A stretch of 64,000 nt of DNA from Rhodospirillales bacterium (GCA_038117225.1 JAYOFM010000004.1:277-64276), one strand, 5' to 3'. Positions 9,724 through 18,556 are shown, counted from the stretch's first letter. The notes: generated by a model from the letters alone, not told the origin. Numbers and translations are program-made.

Positions 9724-10065
9724 TCAATTTTGACGTCTGATCGTATCGACGAATATACCGAGCAGACCGCGGATGAATGGATCCGTCTTCTGGAGCTTGC
9801 GATTGAACATGTTCTTGGTGACGACAATGATGGTGGACGGTTGCGAGGCCCGCGCCGCCGCCATGCGTGGCTTGTCGTCGATCAATGCCATCTCGCCGAA
9901 GATGCCGCCTTGGCCGATCGTCGCCAGGACCTTTTCCTCGTCACCGATCACTTTGGTGATTTCGATCTCGCCACTTTGGATCACGTAGGCGACAGAGCCC
10001 TGCTCGCCTTCCTTGAAGATACTATCGCCGACCTTGTAAGTCTTACGTTTGAGAACGTCGGCCAT
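9724..10065 (-). CDS. stand-alone cyclic-nucleotide-binding (CNB) domain protein
   Basis: FKEGEQGSVAYVIQSGEIEI...GGIFGEMALIDDKPRMAAARA is a classical cNMP-binding cassette. ATG 10065 has AGGGGA upstream; the track ORF starts at an upstream TTG. Confidence 0.8.
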   Translation of the reverse strand: MADVLKRKTYKVGDSIFKEGEQGSVAYVIQSGEIEITKVIGDEEKVLATIGQGGIFGEMALIDDKPRMAAARASQPSTIIVVTKNMFNRKLQKTDPFIRGLLGIFVDTIRRQN

Positions 10066-10210
10066 GATTGTCCCCTGTATTGCCAAAACCTTGCACGAAA
10101 CCAGCCTCCCGTTGCCGGTCCTTCGTGGATCGCGCTACTCTAGCGCCGAGGCCGCGATAGAACCACAACTTGATTCATCCCACCAAGCGGCAACGACGGA
10201 GACGAACCCG

Positions 10211-10699
10211 ATGAGCCGCGCCTATCCAGATCGGCCCTTCGTCGGCGTCGGCGTCGCCGTTGTCGGCGAGGCCGGCGTTGTCTTGATCCGGCGCGGCAAG
10301 CCACCTCGGATCGGTCAATGGAGTCTTCCGGGCGGGGCACAAAAATTGGGTGAAACCGTGGCCGAGGCCGCGCATCGGGAACTGCGCGAGGAAACCGGGC
10401 TCGACATCGCCCTATTAGGCCTTATCGATGTTGTCGACTCCATCCGTCCCGATGATGCCGGCGCCGTCGAATACCATTACACGCTGGTGGATTACGCCGC
10501 CGTCGCCGATGCAACGCCACCCCGGGCCGGCGGTGATGTCACCGAGGCGCGCTGGTTCACGACCGAAGAAGTCGCGGCGCTGGGCCTGTGGTCGGAAACC
10601 TATCGCATTATCCGGCTGGCGCACGAAATGTGGGACGCCCTGGGGCGCCCTAACGCCATCGATCAACGTTCGCGGAATGACGTCGATACCGAGCTGTAG
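10211..10699 (+). CDS. NUDIX hydrolase
   Basis: Nudix box GGAQKLGETVAEAAHRELREETGL (Gx5Ex7REUxEExGU). Internal ATG 10211 was chosen. Confidence 0.85.
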   Translation: MSRAYPDRPFVGVGVAVVGEAGVVLIRRGKPPRIGQWSLPGGAQKLGETVAEAAHRELREETGLDIALLGLIDVVDSIRPDDAGAVEYHYTLVDYAAVADATPPRAGGDVTEARWFTTEEVAALGLWSETYRIIRLAHEMWDALGRPNAIDQRSRNDVDTEL

Positions 10700-12048
10700 A
10701 CCGGTTTGAGCAGATATTGCAGAAGCGTCTTTTGACCGGTCTTGATGTCCGCTTGCACGGTCATTCCCGGCATCACGTGGTTCTGTTCCGGATCGGATCC
10801 AACGTAAGGGCGGTCGAGCGCCACGATACCTTTGTAATAAGGCGCACCCTGTTCATCTAGGAATGTCGAGGCGGAAACATCGCTCAGTTCACCAGTGATG
10901 CCGCCATTGCGGGCAAAATCATAGGTGGTCACCTTGACCGTCACCGGTTGACCGATGCGCACGTGGCCGACGTCGCGCGTATTGATGCGGGTTTCGACGA
11001 GGAGTTTCTTGTCCAGCGGCACGATTTCCATGACGATGGCACCGGCCGGAATCACGCCGCCTACCGTATGGACCTGCTGGCCCTTGATAATCCCACGCAC
11101 CGGCGCCTTGATTTCCAGTCGCTTGACCCTGTCCTGCAGGTTTTCCAGGGCTTCGTCAATTTGCGCCAATTCGCTGGTAACCGTACCCAATTGCGCCAGC
11201 GCCTGCTCGCGCGCATCTGTTTCCAGTTCCGCGAGACGGGAACGCACCTCAGCCAGGGCCTCGACCGAGCGTTGACGATCCGTCACCAGCTTGGACAGGT
11301 CGCCCCGCGCCTTGTTGACCTCGCGTTTGATATCCAGATAGACGACCTTCGACGTTAGGCCCTGCTGGTAGAGCTTTTCGCGCAAAAGCAGTTCCTCTTC
11401 GAGGATGTCGGCGTTGCGGGCCAGGGTCTGTTCCTGCTCCTCGAATACCTCGAGTTCCGACCGTTTCTGGGCAATCTGGTCATTGATGGTCTTGCGCCGG
11501 TTCTCCGCCGCCTCCATCTGGCTCTCGAAGATCGCGATCTGATCGTCGACCATTGCCTGGAACTGATCGTCGACGATCGGAAATACCGGTTCGCGACCGG
11601 TTCCGAGGGCGCGTAATCTTTCGGCCTGGAGAACGAGACCGACGCGACGGGCCTCCATCTGATCCAACTCGCCCAACGGCGCGGTCGGGTCGAGGCGCAT
11701 CAGCACCTTGCCCTTCTCCACCAGCTCGCCTTCCTGGACCAGGATATCGATGACGATGCCGCCTTCCAGGTGTTGGATCGCCTGCACCTGGCCGGCCGGC
11801 ACGACTTCGCCCGATGTTACCGCCACCTCGTCCACGTTGGTCACGCCGGCCCACACGAGGAACGCGCAGATGACCAGCGGAATGGTGACCATGGCGATGC
11901 GAACCAGACCGGAACTGCCGGCCTCCTCGAGGATCACCGATTGTGCGAGGAAGCGGGTCTGACGATCGCCGCGACGAATCTTGGGCAGCGCGTCCGCTTC
12001 GGATGTCTTCGGCGCTTCGGGGGCGGGTGGGGGCGCGGCTTCGTTCAT
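10663..12048 (-). CDS. HlyD-family type I secretion membrane-fusion (adaptor) protein
   Basis: 461 aa. One N-terminal TM, long coiled-coil region and a C-terminal beta-barrel region (...GMTVQADIKTGQKTLLQYLLKP). Starts 7 nt after the upstream ABC gene. Confidence 0.9.
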   Translation of the reverse strand: MNEAAPPPAPEAPKTSEADALPKIRRGDRQTRFLAQSVILEEAGSSGLVRIAMVTIPLVICAFLVWAGVTNVDEVAVTSGEVVPAGQVQAIQHLEGGIVIDILVQEGELVEKGKVLMRLDPTAPLGELDQMEARRVGLVLQAERLRALGTGREPVFPIVDDQFQAMVDDQIAIFESQMEAAENRRKTINDQIAQKRSELEVFEEQEQTLARNADILEEELLLREKLYQQGLTSKVVYLDIKREVNKARGDLSKLVTDRQRSVEALAEVRSRLAELETDAREQALAQLGTVTSELAQIDEALENLQDRVKRLEIKAPVRGIIKGQQVHTVGGVIPAGAIVMEIVPLDKKLLVETRINTRDVGHVRIGQPVTVKVTTYDFARNGGITGELSDVSASTFLDEQGAPYYKGIVALDRPYVGSDPEQNHVMPGMTVQADIKTGQKTLLQYLLKPVYSSVSTSFRER

Positions 12049-12055
12049 GGCTTCC

Positions 12056-15000
12056 TCACACGAAGTCCTTCGGCATTTGCTTGATCACCTCGGCCGCCGG
12101 GCCGTAGGCACGCACATTACCATATTCCAACCATAGAATCTTATCGGCGATTTTCAGATGGCTTGGTCGGTGGGTCACCATCAGTACGGTGGTTTCGCCG
12201 CGCATGTTGTCCATGGTTTTCATGAACGCCTGGTCACCGGCGAAATCAAGGCCGTTACCCGGCTCGTCCAGCAGCATGATCGGGGCCTTCTTCAGATAAC
12301 CGCGCGCCAGATTGAGGCGCTGCAACAAGCTGGTCGGCATCTGTCCGCCACCGGAATCACCAATGCGCACTTCCAGGCCCTTGCGCTGCCACTTGCCGGA
12401 GCCCTGTTGTAGTTCCAACACATCCTCCAACACGGCGGCCTTGTCGCAAGCGACATAAAGGTCTTCCATGGTGGCCGTCGGGTGCGACAGGCGTAAATTC
12501 TGGGCAATGGTGCCATAGAAGAACTGAATGGCCTGCGGCACATAGGCGCAGGAATGGCGCAATTCGATGACATCCATCTGACGGATATCCATGTTGTCGA
12601 TGCGGATCGACCCCGCCTGCGGCTGATACATGCCGATCATCAACTTCAACACCGTCGATTTGCCGGATCCGTTACCACCAACAACAGCGACGATCTCGCC
12701 CGGTTGGGCCTCGAAACTGACGCCGACCAACGCGGGATCGGCTTCCGGGCTGTAGCGAATGGAAACGCGGGCGAAGGTTACGAACCCCTCCATGCGGCGG
12801 ATCGGATTGACGATGGAATGCTGATCGCGCTCGGCACGGATGTTCATCAGGTTGTTAATTTGCGTGATTGATGACTTCACCTGGGTCAGGCGGGTCATCG
12901 ACACGAAACCGGTCTGCAACGGCGCCAACACCCGCCACACCAAGATCATGGACGCCACCAGGCCGCCAACCGTCATGTCACCGGCAAGGACACGAAACAC
13001 ACCGAAAACGATCGTCCCAATGCCGGCGGAAATCATCAGCACGTGGGACATAGTCTGTAGCAGCGACGAGAACTGGGACGTGTAGAAGCTGTTCAACGAG
13101 GCCGTCGCGGAGAGGTCGCGGAACCGTTCCATCCAGGTTTCCTCGGCGCCGGTATACTTGACCGCGCGCATGCCGCCGAGGGTTTCGACCAGAAGTTCCT
13201 GCTTTTTCGACGATGCCCGTGCCGCCTGCGATACCGAGCCTCTTAGCAAGGGCATGATGACCATGCCGAGAATGACGTAGCAGGCGATCATGATCATCGG
13301 CACGAACGCCACCGGCCCGGCCACCGCGGCGATGGTGATGATAAAGATAAGCACGAACGGGAGCTCAAACAGCACCAGCGCCATGGGGCCGGTGAAGAAA
13401 TCACGCACGGTTTCGAAATCCTTGATACGCGCGACCTGGGCGCCGATGGTCGCGCGCTCGGTAAATGCCGGCGGCAGGAATAGAATTTTATGGAAGATGG
13501 CGATGCCGACGATGTTGTCGAGGCGAGCGCCGATAAACGCCAGAATGCGGGTGCGGATACCACGCAATATCAGATCACAGCCGATGGCGATGCTAACGCC
13601 GACGGCGAAATAGGCGAGCGTGACCAGTGAACCGGTTGCCACCACCTTGTCATAGACCGCCATCACGAATAGCGGCGTCACCAGGGCAAGAATGTTGAGC
13701 ACGAACGTGATACCGAGAGTTTGGTAAAACAACGCGCGAAAGCGTTCATTGACAGCCTTGAACCAGCCCACCTTGGCCTGTGCCGGCGCCAGTTCGTCTT
13801 CCTCGATACGACTGAAGAAATAAGCCAGGCCCTTGTCCTTGGCGCGCGGAATTCGAACCTCGCCGCCCTGGCCCCCATCAAACGCGACGATCCGATCCCC
13901 GTCCTGTCCAAGTAGGATCAGCGCGTCGCCCTTCGGTGGCAGGAACAGGCACGGGAACAGGCGCGGGTCGATGCGGGACAGACTGAGCGGCACCGGGCGG
14001 CTTTGGAAATGCAGCGTCGCCATGATGTTGCGAAACGACGTGATATCCAGCGAGTCGATGAAATGCGGCACCGATTCGGCGACGTGACGCGGGTCCCCGC
14101 GCCAGTTTAGTGCCGTCAGCAACGGCATCAGGCAGTTCGAAAGGTCCGTCGCCAGCCGTAGGCTGGCGAGTTGCCCCTGATCGGCGCCCGTATGTACCGG
14201 CGTCGACGGCAAGGCATCGGCGCCCGGCAGCGCGGACGGTGCCGGCGGCAACGTCGGCGGCTCGCCCGGCCCGCCCGGTCCACCTGGCAGCCGTGGCGGG
14301 GTGCTGGCCGCTTCCGGCGCGTCTCTGGGCGCCAGTAAAGCATCGAAAGCGCCCCTGCGCTTCGGCATTAATTCCGGCGGCAGCGGCGGCGGCGGCGGCA
14401 ACTTGCGCGCTACCGGCGGCGGGGTCGCGGTGCCAGAACCTGTACCGGCATCAGCCGGTCGCGGCGGCAACTTCGGACGCGGCGGCATTACCGGCGGCGG
14501 CGATGCGGCGGCGGATTTCGCTTTCTCGGGCGGCGCCTCGGCCGCGGGCGCCTCGCCCGGCTTGCGCAGCCGTGGCGGCAGACGTTTTTCACCGCCCGCG
14601 GAGTCATCGGCAGCTTTACGAAGGCGCGGCGGCAGCTTCTTCTCGGCTGTCTTGGCGGCGGCGGGTTGCGGCGCCGCGGCAGCGGATTTTGGTGCTGCTT
14701 CAGGTCGTGCTTTCGGCGCCGGTCTAGCGGACGCCGGTCGCGCCGGCGATGGCTTGACCGGCGGTGCGTTCGCGGCCGGCTTGGCCGGCGGCGCCTTGGC
14801 GACCGCTGGTGGTTTCGGGCGCGCCGGCTTGGCGGTTGGCCGTGGCGTGGCGGCGGCGGGCACGGCGGGCGTTGGAGGCACGGTCTCGCGACGAAGATTT
14901 GGACGCGGACGTGGCGCAATTTGTGGAGATGGCCGTGGCGACCGCGCCGACGGAACGAATGGCGTGCCTACCGTATCACTGCCCGGGGGCAATGGCGGCA

Positions 15001-15253
15001 GTTTGAACTGGCCAGGGCCCGGCTTGGGTTCACTCGCCGTATCGGGCACGGCGGACGCATCGAACAGACGATCTGTGATCGGTTCAAGCGGCAGGTCGTC
15101 GTGCGGAAAGCCGCGTTGCGGCGCCGAAGGATCGTCGTCGGCCGAGCCGCGTCCGAATGGAAACGTCCGGCGCGGTTTCGCGGGCGTGACAATGGCCGGC
15201 TCGACATCGTCGAAACCGTCAACCGCCTCGATCTTTGGCAACATGCTCGCCAT
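12056..15253 (-). CDS. type I secretion ABC exporter (permease/ATPase) with a C39-like domain and a long Pro/Ala-rich N-terminal extension
   Basis: 1065-aa ORF. C-terminal 700 aa are a CLD-like segment, a 6-TM domain and an NBD (Walker A GGNGSGKS, Walker B MLLDEP, H-loop VTHRP). The N-terminal ~350 aa are low-complexity, so the true start is uncertain. Confidence 0.85.
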   Translation of the reverse strand: MASMLPKIEAVDGFDDVEPAIVTPAKPRRTFPFGRGSADDDPSAPQRGFPHDDLPLEPITDRLFDASAVPDTASEPKPGPGQFKLPPLPPGSDTVGTPFVPSARSPRPSPQIAPRPRPNLRRETVPPTPAVPAAATPRPTAKPARPKPPAVAKAPPAKPAANAPPVKPSPARPASARPAPKARPEAAPKSAAAAPQPAAAKTAEKKLPPRLRKAADDSAGGEKRLPPRLRKPGEAPAAEAPPEKAKSAAASPPPVMPPRPKLPPRPADAGTGSGTATPPPVARKLPPPPPLPPELMPKRRGAFDALLAPRDAPEAASTPPRLPGGPGGPGEPPTLPPAPSALPGADALPSTPVHTGADQGQLASLRLATDLSNCLMPLLTALNWRGDPRHVAESVPHFIDSLDITSFRNIMATLHFQSRPVPLSLSRIDPRLFPCLFLPPKGDALILLGQDGDRIVAFDGGQGGEVRIPRAKDKGLAYFFSRIEEDELAPAQAKVGWFKAVNERFRALFYQTLGITFVLNILALVTPLFVMAVYDKVVATGSLVTLAYFAVGVSIAIGCDLILRGIRTRILAFIGARLDNIVGIAIFHKILFLPPAFTERATIGAQVARIKDFETVRDFFTGPMALVLFELPFVLIFIITIAAVAGPVAFVPMIMIACYVILGMVIMPLLRGSVSQAARASSKKQELLVETLGGMRAVKYTGAEETWMERFRDLSATASLNSFYTSQFSSLLQTMSHVLMISAGIGTIVFGVFRVLAGDMTVGGLVASMILVWRVLAPLQTGFVSMTRLTQVKSSITQINNLMNIRAERDQHSIVNPIRRMEGFVTFARVSIRYSPEADPALVGVSFEAQPGEIVAVVGGNGSGKSTVLKLMIGMYQPQAGSIRIDNMDIRQMDVIELRHSCAYVPQAIQFFYGTIAQNLRLSHPTATMEDLYVACDKAAVLEDVLELQQGSGKWQRKGLEVRIGDSGGGQMPTSLLQRLNLARGYLKKAPIMLLDEPGNGLDFAGDQAFMKTMDNMRGETTVLMVTHRPSHLKIADKILWLEYGNVRAYGPAAEVIKQMPKDFV

Positions 15254-15300
15254 CGTTCGCTCTGCGTCCCTCGCTTATCGCCGCCTGGTTGGTGTGCCGC

Positions 15301-15588
15301 TCAGGCCACCCGTCGGCGACCGCGCCGGTCCTCTGTCCAGCGACCACCGCCTTCGACCCAACCATGGTCCGGGACCGCGAATTGCTGATCCGGAAGATCG
15401 CGGTCCATTTCCGTCACCGTCGCCGACGACGACGTCTCTGATGCGTGGGCCGCAATACGGCCATCTAACAATCCAGCCGATTTCAACGTCGCGTGGGCCC
15501 GCCGGGATAAACCGAGACTGGCGGCTTCCGCCCGATCGTTCGCGTCGCGACCATCGGCCGCTTCTATCTTCAGTAATTTGCGCAACAT
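15301..15588 (-). CDS. candidate small ORF (95 aa) between the two ABC genes
   Basis: ATG 15588 preceded by GGGGGAAG. MLRKLLKIEAADGRDANDRAEAASLGL... has moderate G/C third-position bias. A competing 150-aa frame also exists. No family recognised. Confidence 0.25.
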   Translation of the reverse strand: MLRKLLKIEAADGRDANDRAEAASLGLSRRAHATLKSAGLLDGRIAAHASETSSSATVTEMDRDLPDQQFAVPDHGWVEGGGRWTEDRRGRRRVA

Positions 15589-15723
15589 GTCGTCTTCCCC
15601 CGTCGATATTCGGGTTGTTGGGGTTCGACGCCTTATCCTGTCGTGACGCGGGCTTTCCGCCCGTCGTTGGGTCGTTTCGCCGCGTGGGCATTTCACCCAC
15701 ACGATTGTCGTGTCTGTTGGTCA

Positions 15724-17472
15724 TCATGCCGGTTTCACCGGAACGGGTGCCGCCGGCGCGGAAAACGCCGGGGCTTCCTCGCCGCGCTCGCGCACGGCCG
15801 ACCCTTCAATATCGTAAATCCTGTCAGCAAGGGTCAGCAGCGACGGCCGCGGCGTCACCAGGACCATGGTGACGCGACCCTTGAGGCGTTCCAACAGCGT
15901 CTTCAGCATGGCATCGCCGGCGCTGTCCATGGCGGTATTGGCTTCGTCGAACAGCAATACCCGAGGCTTGTCGACGAGCGCCCGGGCGATAGCGATGCGC
16001 TGCTTGATGCCGCGCGGCAACTTGTCGGAGGCACCGTCGCCGACCGAGGTTTCATACCCCTGCGGCATGTGCGCGACGACACTATCGAGGCCCAACAGCT
16101 TGGCCACGTCGAAGGCATCGTTGACCTTGTCCTCGCGGAACATGGTGATGTTTTCCAGCAAGGTGCCGTTGAATAGCGTGCCTTCCTGCGGCAGGTACGC
16201 GATCTGATGGCGGATGCTGGAACAATCGAATTCACGCAGGTCGAGGCCGTCGGCGAGAACCCGTCCCTCGGTCGGCGGCAGAATACCCATGGCCAGATAC
16301 AGCAACGTGGTCTTGCCGCTGGCGTTGCCACCGGAAATTCCAACGGTTTCGCCGGCGTCCACGTTGATGTTTATATTCTCAAACAGCGGGGCAAGGTCGT
16401 CGCCATCCTTGTTTTTGCCATAGGTGAAGGTCATGTTCTCGATCTTCAGATCACCACGGATCGGCGGCAGCTTGGGAAGCCCCGGCGGTTTTTCCATCTC
16501 CATGGTGAACAGTTCGCGAATGCGGTCGCGAGCCAATTCGACCGACTGGAATCGGGTCCAGACACCGACCAGCCGTTGCATCGGTTGCATGGAGCGACCG
16601 GCTAGCATGGTGCATGCGGCAAGGCCACCAACCGTCAGCTCGCCGTCGATGACGAAGGTCGCGCCATAGCCAACGACGCAGAACAATACCAATTGCGAGA
16701 ACAGCGCGCCGACACTGCTGGCGTTCGAGCTGTGCATGGCGACGTGATAGTCGGCATCGGCGCAGGTTTCCTGCAGACGCTCATAACGGCGCAGCATCTG
16801 CTCTTCCATGGCCAGGCCCTTGACCGTGTGCACGCCGCCCAAAACCTCGATGATGAAGCTGAAACGCCGATCATCGGCGTTCATGCGATTTTCAAGCGAT
16901 CCCTTCAGCTTCGTGCCGACCCAAACCGCGGTCAGCGTGAACAGCACCATCAGCGTTATCGGCACCATCACCAGATGACCGGCCAGATATGTCAGCGCGC
17001 CCAGGTAAAGGACGGCGAACGGCACGTCGACCAGGGTGATAAAGGTCTGACCCGCATAGTATTCCTTCAACGTGCCGAGGGCGTCCATGCGTTCCATGTG
17101 CACGCCCGAACCGACCCGTTCGTAATCGACTATGTTAGCGCTCAGCAGCCGCTCCAACGCCGCGCACCCCGCCAGGTGATCGAAGCGGGCGCCCATCCAG
17201 CCAGACACGTAGGAACGACCGAGCCGCAGAAGGGCCTCCAGGATCAGCGCCGTGCCGATGCCGATGACCAATAATATCAAGGTGCCGGCGGCATCGGATG
17301 GAATGATGCGGTCATAGACCTGCAGCAGCGTCAGCGGCATGGCGAGCGCCAACACATTGACGAACAAGGACGCCAGCAACAGGTCGAAGATTCCACCCGG
17401 CATGGTCGATACCGCGCCGATATGAATCTTTGCCTTGCGAGGCTCCGCGTCCTTTTTACGCCACAATGCCAT
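15724..17472 (-). CDS. type I secretion ABC exporter (permease/ATPase), no peptidase domain, degenerate signature and H-loop
   Basis: 582 aa. TM domain plus NBD with Walker A GGNASGKT, Q-loop YLPQ and Walker B LLFDEA. LPRGIKQRIAIARAL sits where LSGGQ is expected, and VTPRP where the H-loop His is expected. Confidence 0.9.
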   Translation of the reverse strand: MALWRKKDAEPRKAKIHIGAVSTMPGGIFDLLLASLFVNVLALAMPLTLLQVYDRIIPSDAAGTLILLVIGIGTALILEALLRLGRSYVSGWMGARFDHLAGCAALERLLSANIVDYERVGSGVHMERMDALGTLKEYYAGQTFITLVDVPFAVLYLGALTYLAGHLVMVPITLMVLFTLTAVWVGTKLKGSLENRMNADDRRFSFIIEVLGGVHTVKGLAMEEQMLRRYERLQETCADADYHVAMHSSNASSVGALFSQLVLFCVVGYGATFVIDGELTVGGLAACTMLAGRSMQPMQRLVGVWTRFQSVELARDRIRELFTMEMEKPPGLPKLPPIRGDLKIENMTFTYGKNKDGDDLAPLFENININVDAGETVGISGGNASGKTTLLYLAMGILPPTEGRVLADGLDLREFDCSSIRHQIAYLPQEGTLFNGTLLENITMFREDKVNDAFDVAKLLGLDSVVAHMPQGYETSVGDGASDKLPRGIKQRIAIARALVDKPRVLLFDEANTAMDSAGDAMLKTLLERLKGRVTMVLVTPRPSLLTLADRIYDIEGSAVRERGEEAPAFSAPAAPVPVKPA

Positions 17473-17542
17473 CTATGACCCTGCCGTCATTTCTTGCGTC
17501 GGTCGCTCGGTTCCAAGGACGTCAGCGGGCACCACGTCGCGC

Positions 17543-17559
17543 GCGACACCCGGTCGTCC
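17543..17559. repeat. copy 1 of a 17/18-nt direct repeat in the T1SS upstream region
   Basis: GCGACACCCGGTCGTCC. The second copy, GCGACATCCCGGTCGTCC, is at 17653-17670. Confidence 0.6.
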
Positions 17560-17652
17560 CCACGGAAAGCGATAAAAGAATATGTTTAACAATCCATTAG
17601 CACCCTTGCGCGGTGCCCGCCTGAAGGCCACATGGAAATACCGAAAAGACGG

Positions 17653-17677
17653 GCGACATCCCGGTCGTCCGGACGAC
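17653..17677. repeat. copy 2 of the direct repeat, overlapping a 14-nt perfect palindrome
   Basis: GCGACATCCCGGTCGTCC (17653-17670). The palindrome GTCGTCCGGACGAC is at 17664-17677. Confidence 0.6.
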
Positions 17678-17751
17678 GCATTCCAGGCGCAAACGACGTA
17701 GTCTACGCGGAATTCATGACCACAAACTGACGGCGGAATCGGGTCGCTTCG

Positions 17752-18540
17752 CTATAACGTCGAACGCTCAATCAGCAGCTGCCGCAACGAATTGCCAGCG
17801 ACCCACAGCGCCGCCTCGCGGCCGAGCGCCACGCGCATGCGTGGCCCGTACAACACCTGCAGCAATATCTCATCGGTTGGCGCTAATTCGAGTAGCCGGT
17901 CATGGTCGCTGAAAATCGAGGGCCGAACCAGGTTGGTATCGTTCGGCAGGCCAAGCGCCTGTGTTATTTCCTCAATGATACAATGCCTTATGTGATCATA
18001 ATTAAGTTGAGAATTAATAACAATTTCAGCCCGTTCAATGTTTCCCGGCTGGCCAACCCAATAGATGAAGAAGCAACGCCCTGGTCCGCGCAACTGTCGC
18101 AGGACCGCCGGCGACACGCCATCGAACGAGATGTTATTGATCCCCTGCCGGGTTGTCAGTGTCAGGCGAATATTCGCAGCGGGCTGGCTTGATTCGCCGT
18201 CCAGCAGCCCGATATCAAGACCGGACAACCTGGCGAGACGGCGCAGATGACTTGCCACGGCATCGCGTATCCAGGGCGGAACCTTCCCCCCCTGTTCGGC
18301 GATTTCCGAACCACCGGCGGCGTCATACCGAACCGCCACCCTGACCGGCCCGGTCCATTTGGCGACGCGCTGCTGGCGCATGGCGCTACCGAGATCGGAA
18401 CCGAAAACAACCGCGTCGAATGCGCCAAGCAGGCGCGCGACCTCGGCATCGGTATCCAGTTCCGCCGCCGCGAGAGGGTTAATCCCGACGCCAGAGAAAA
18501 CCGGAAAAGTGCTGATCAGTAATATAATCGCGGGCACCAT
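17752..18540 (-). CDS. secreted DUF2927-like protein, paralog B
   Basis: 262 aa from ATG 18540 (MVPAIILLISTFPVFSGVGINPLAAA signal-like N-terminus). Conserved block HCIIEEITQALGLPND. Family name is from memory and tentative. Confidence 0.6.
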   Translation of the reverse strand: MVPAIILLISTFPVFSGVGINPLAAAELDTDAEVARLLGAFDAVVFGSDLGSAMRQQRVAKWTGPVRVAVRYDAAGGSEIAEQGGKVPPWIRDAVASHLRRLARLSGLDIGLLDGESSQPAANIRLTLTTRQGINNISFDGVSPAVLRQLRGPGRCFFIYWVGQPGNIERAEIVINSQLNYDHIRHCIIEEITQALGLPNDTNLVRPSIFSDHDRLLELAPTDEILLQVLYGPRMRVALGREAALWVAGNSLRQLLIERSTL

Positions 18541-18556
18541 CGCCCGCCGCCGCGAC

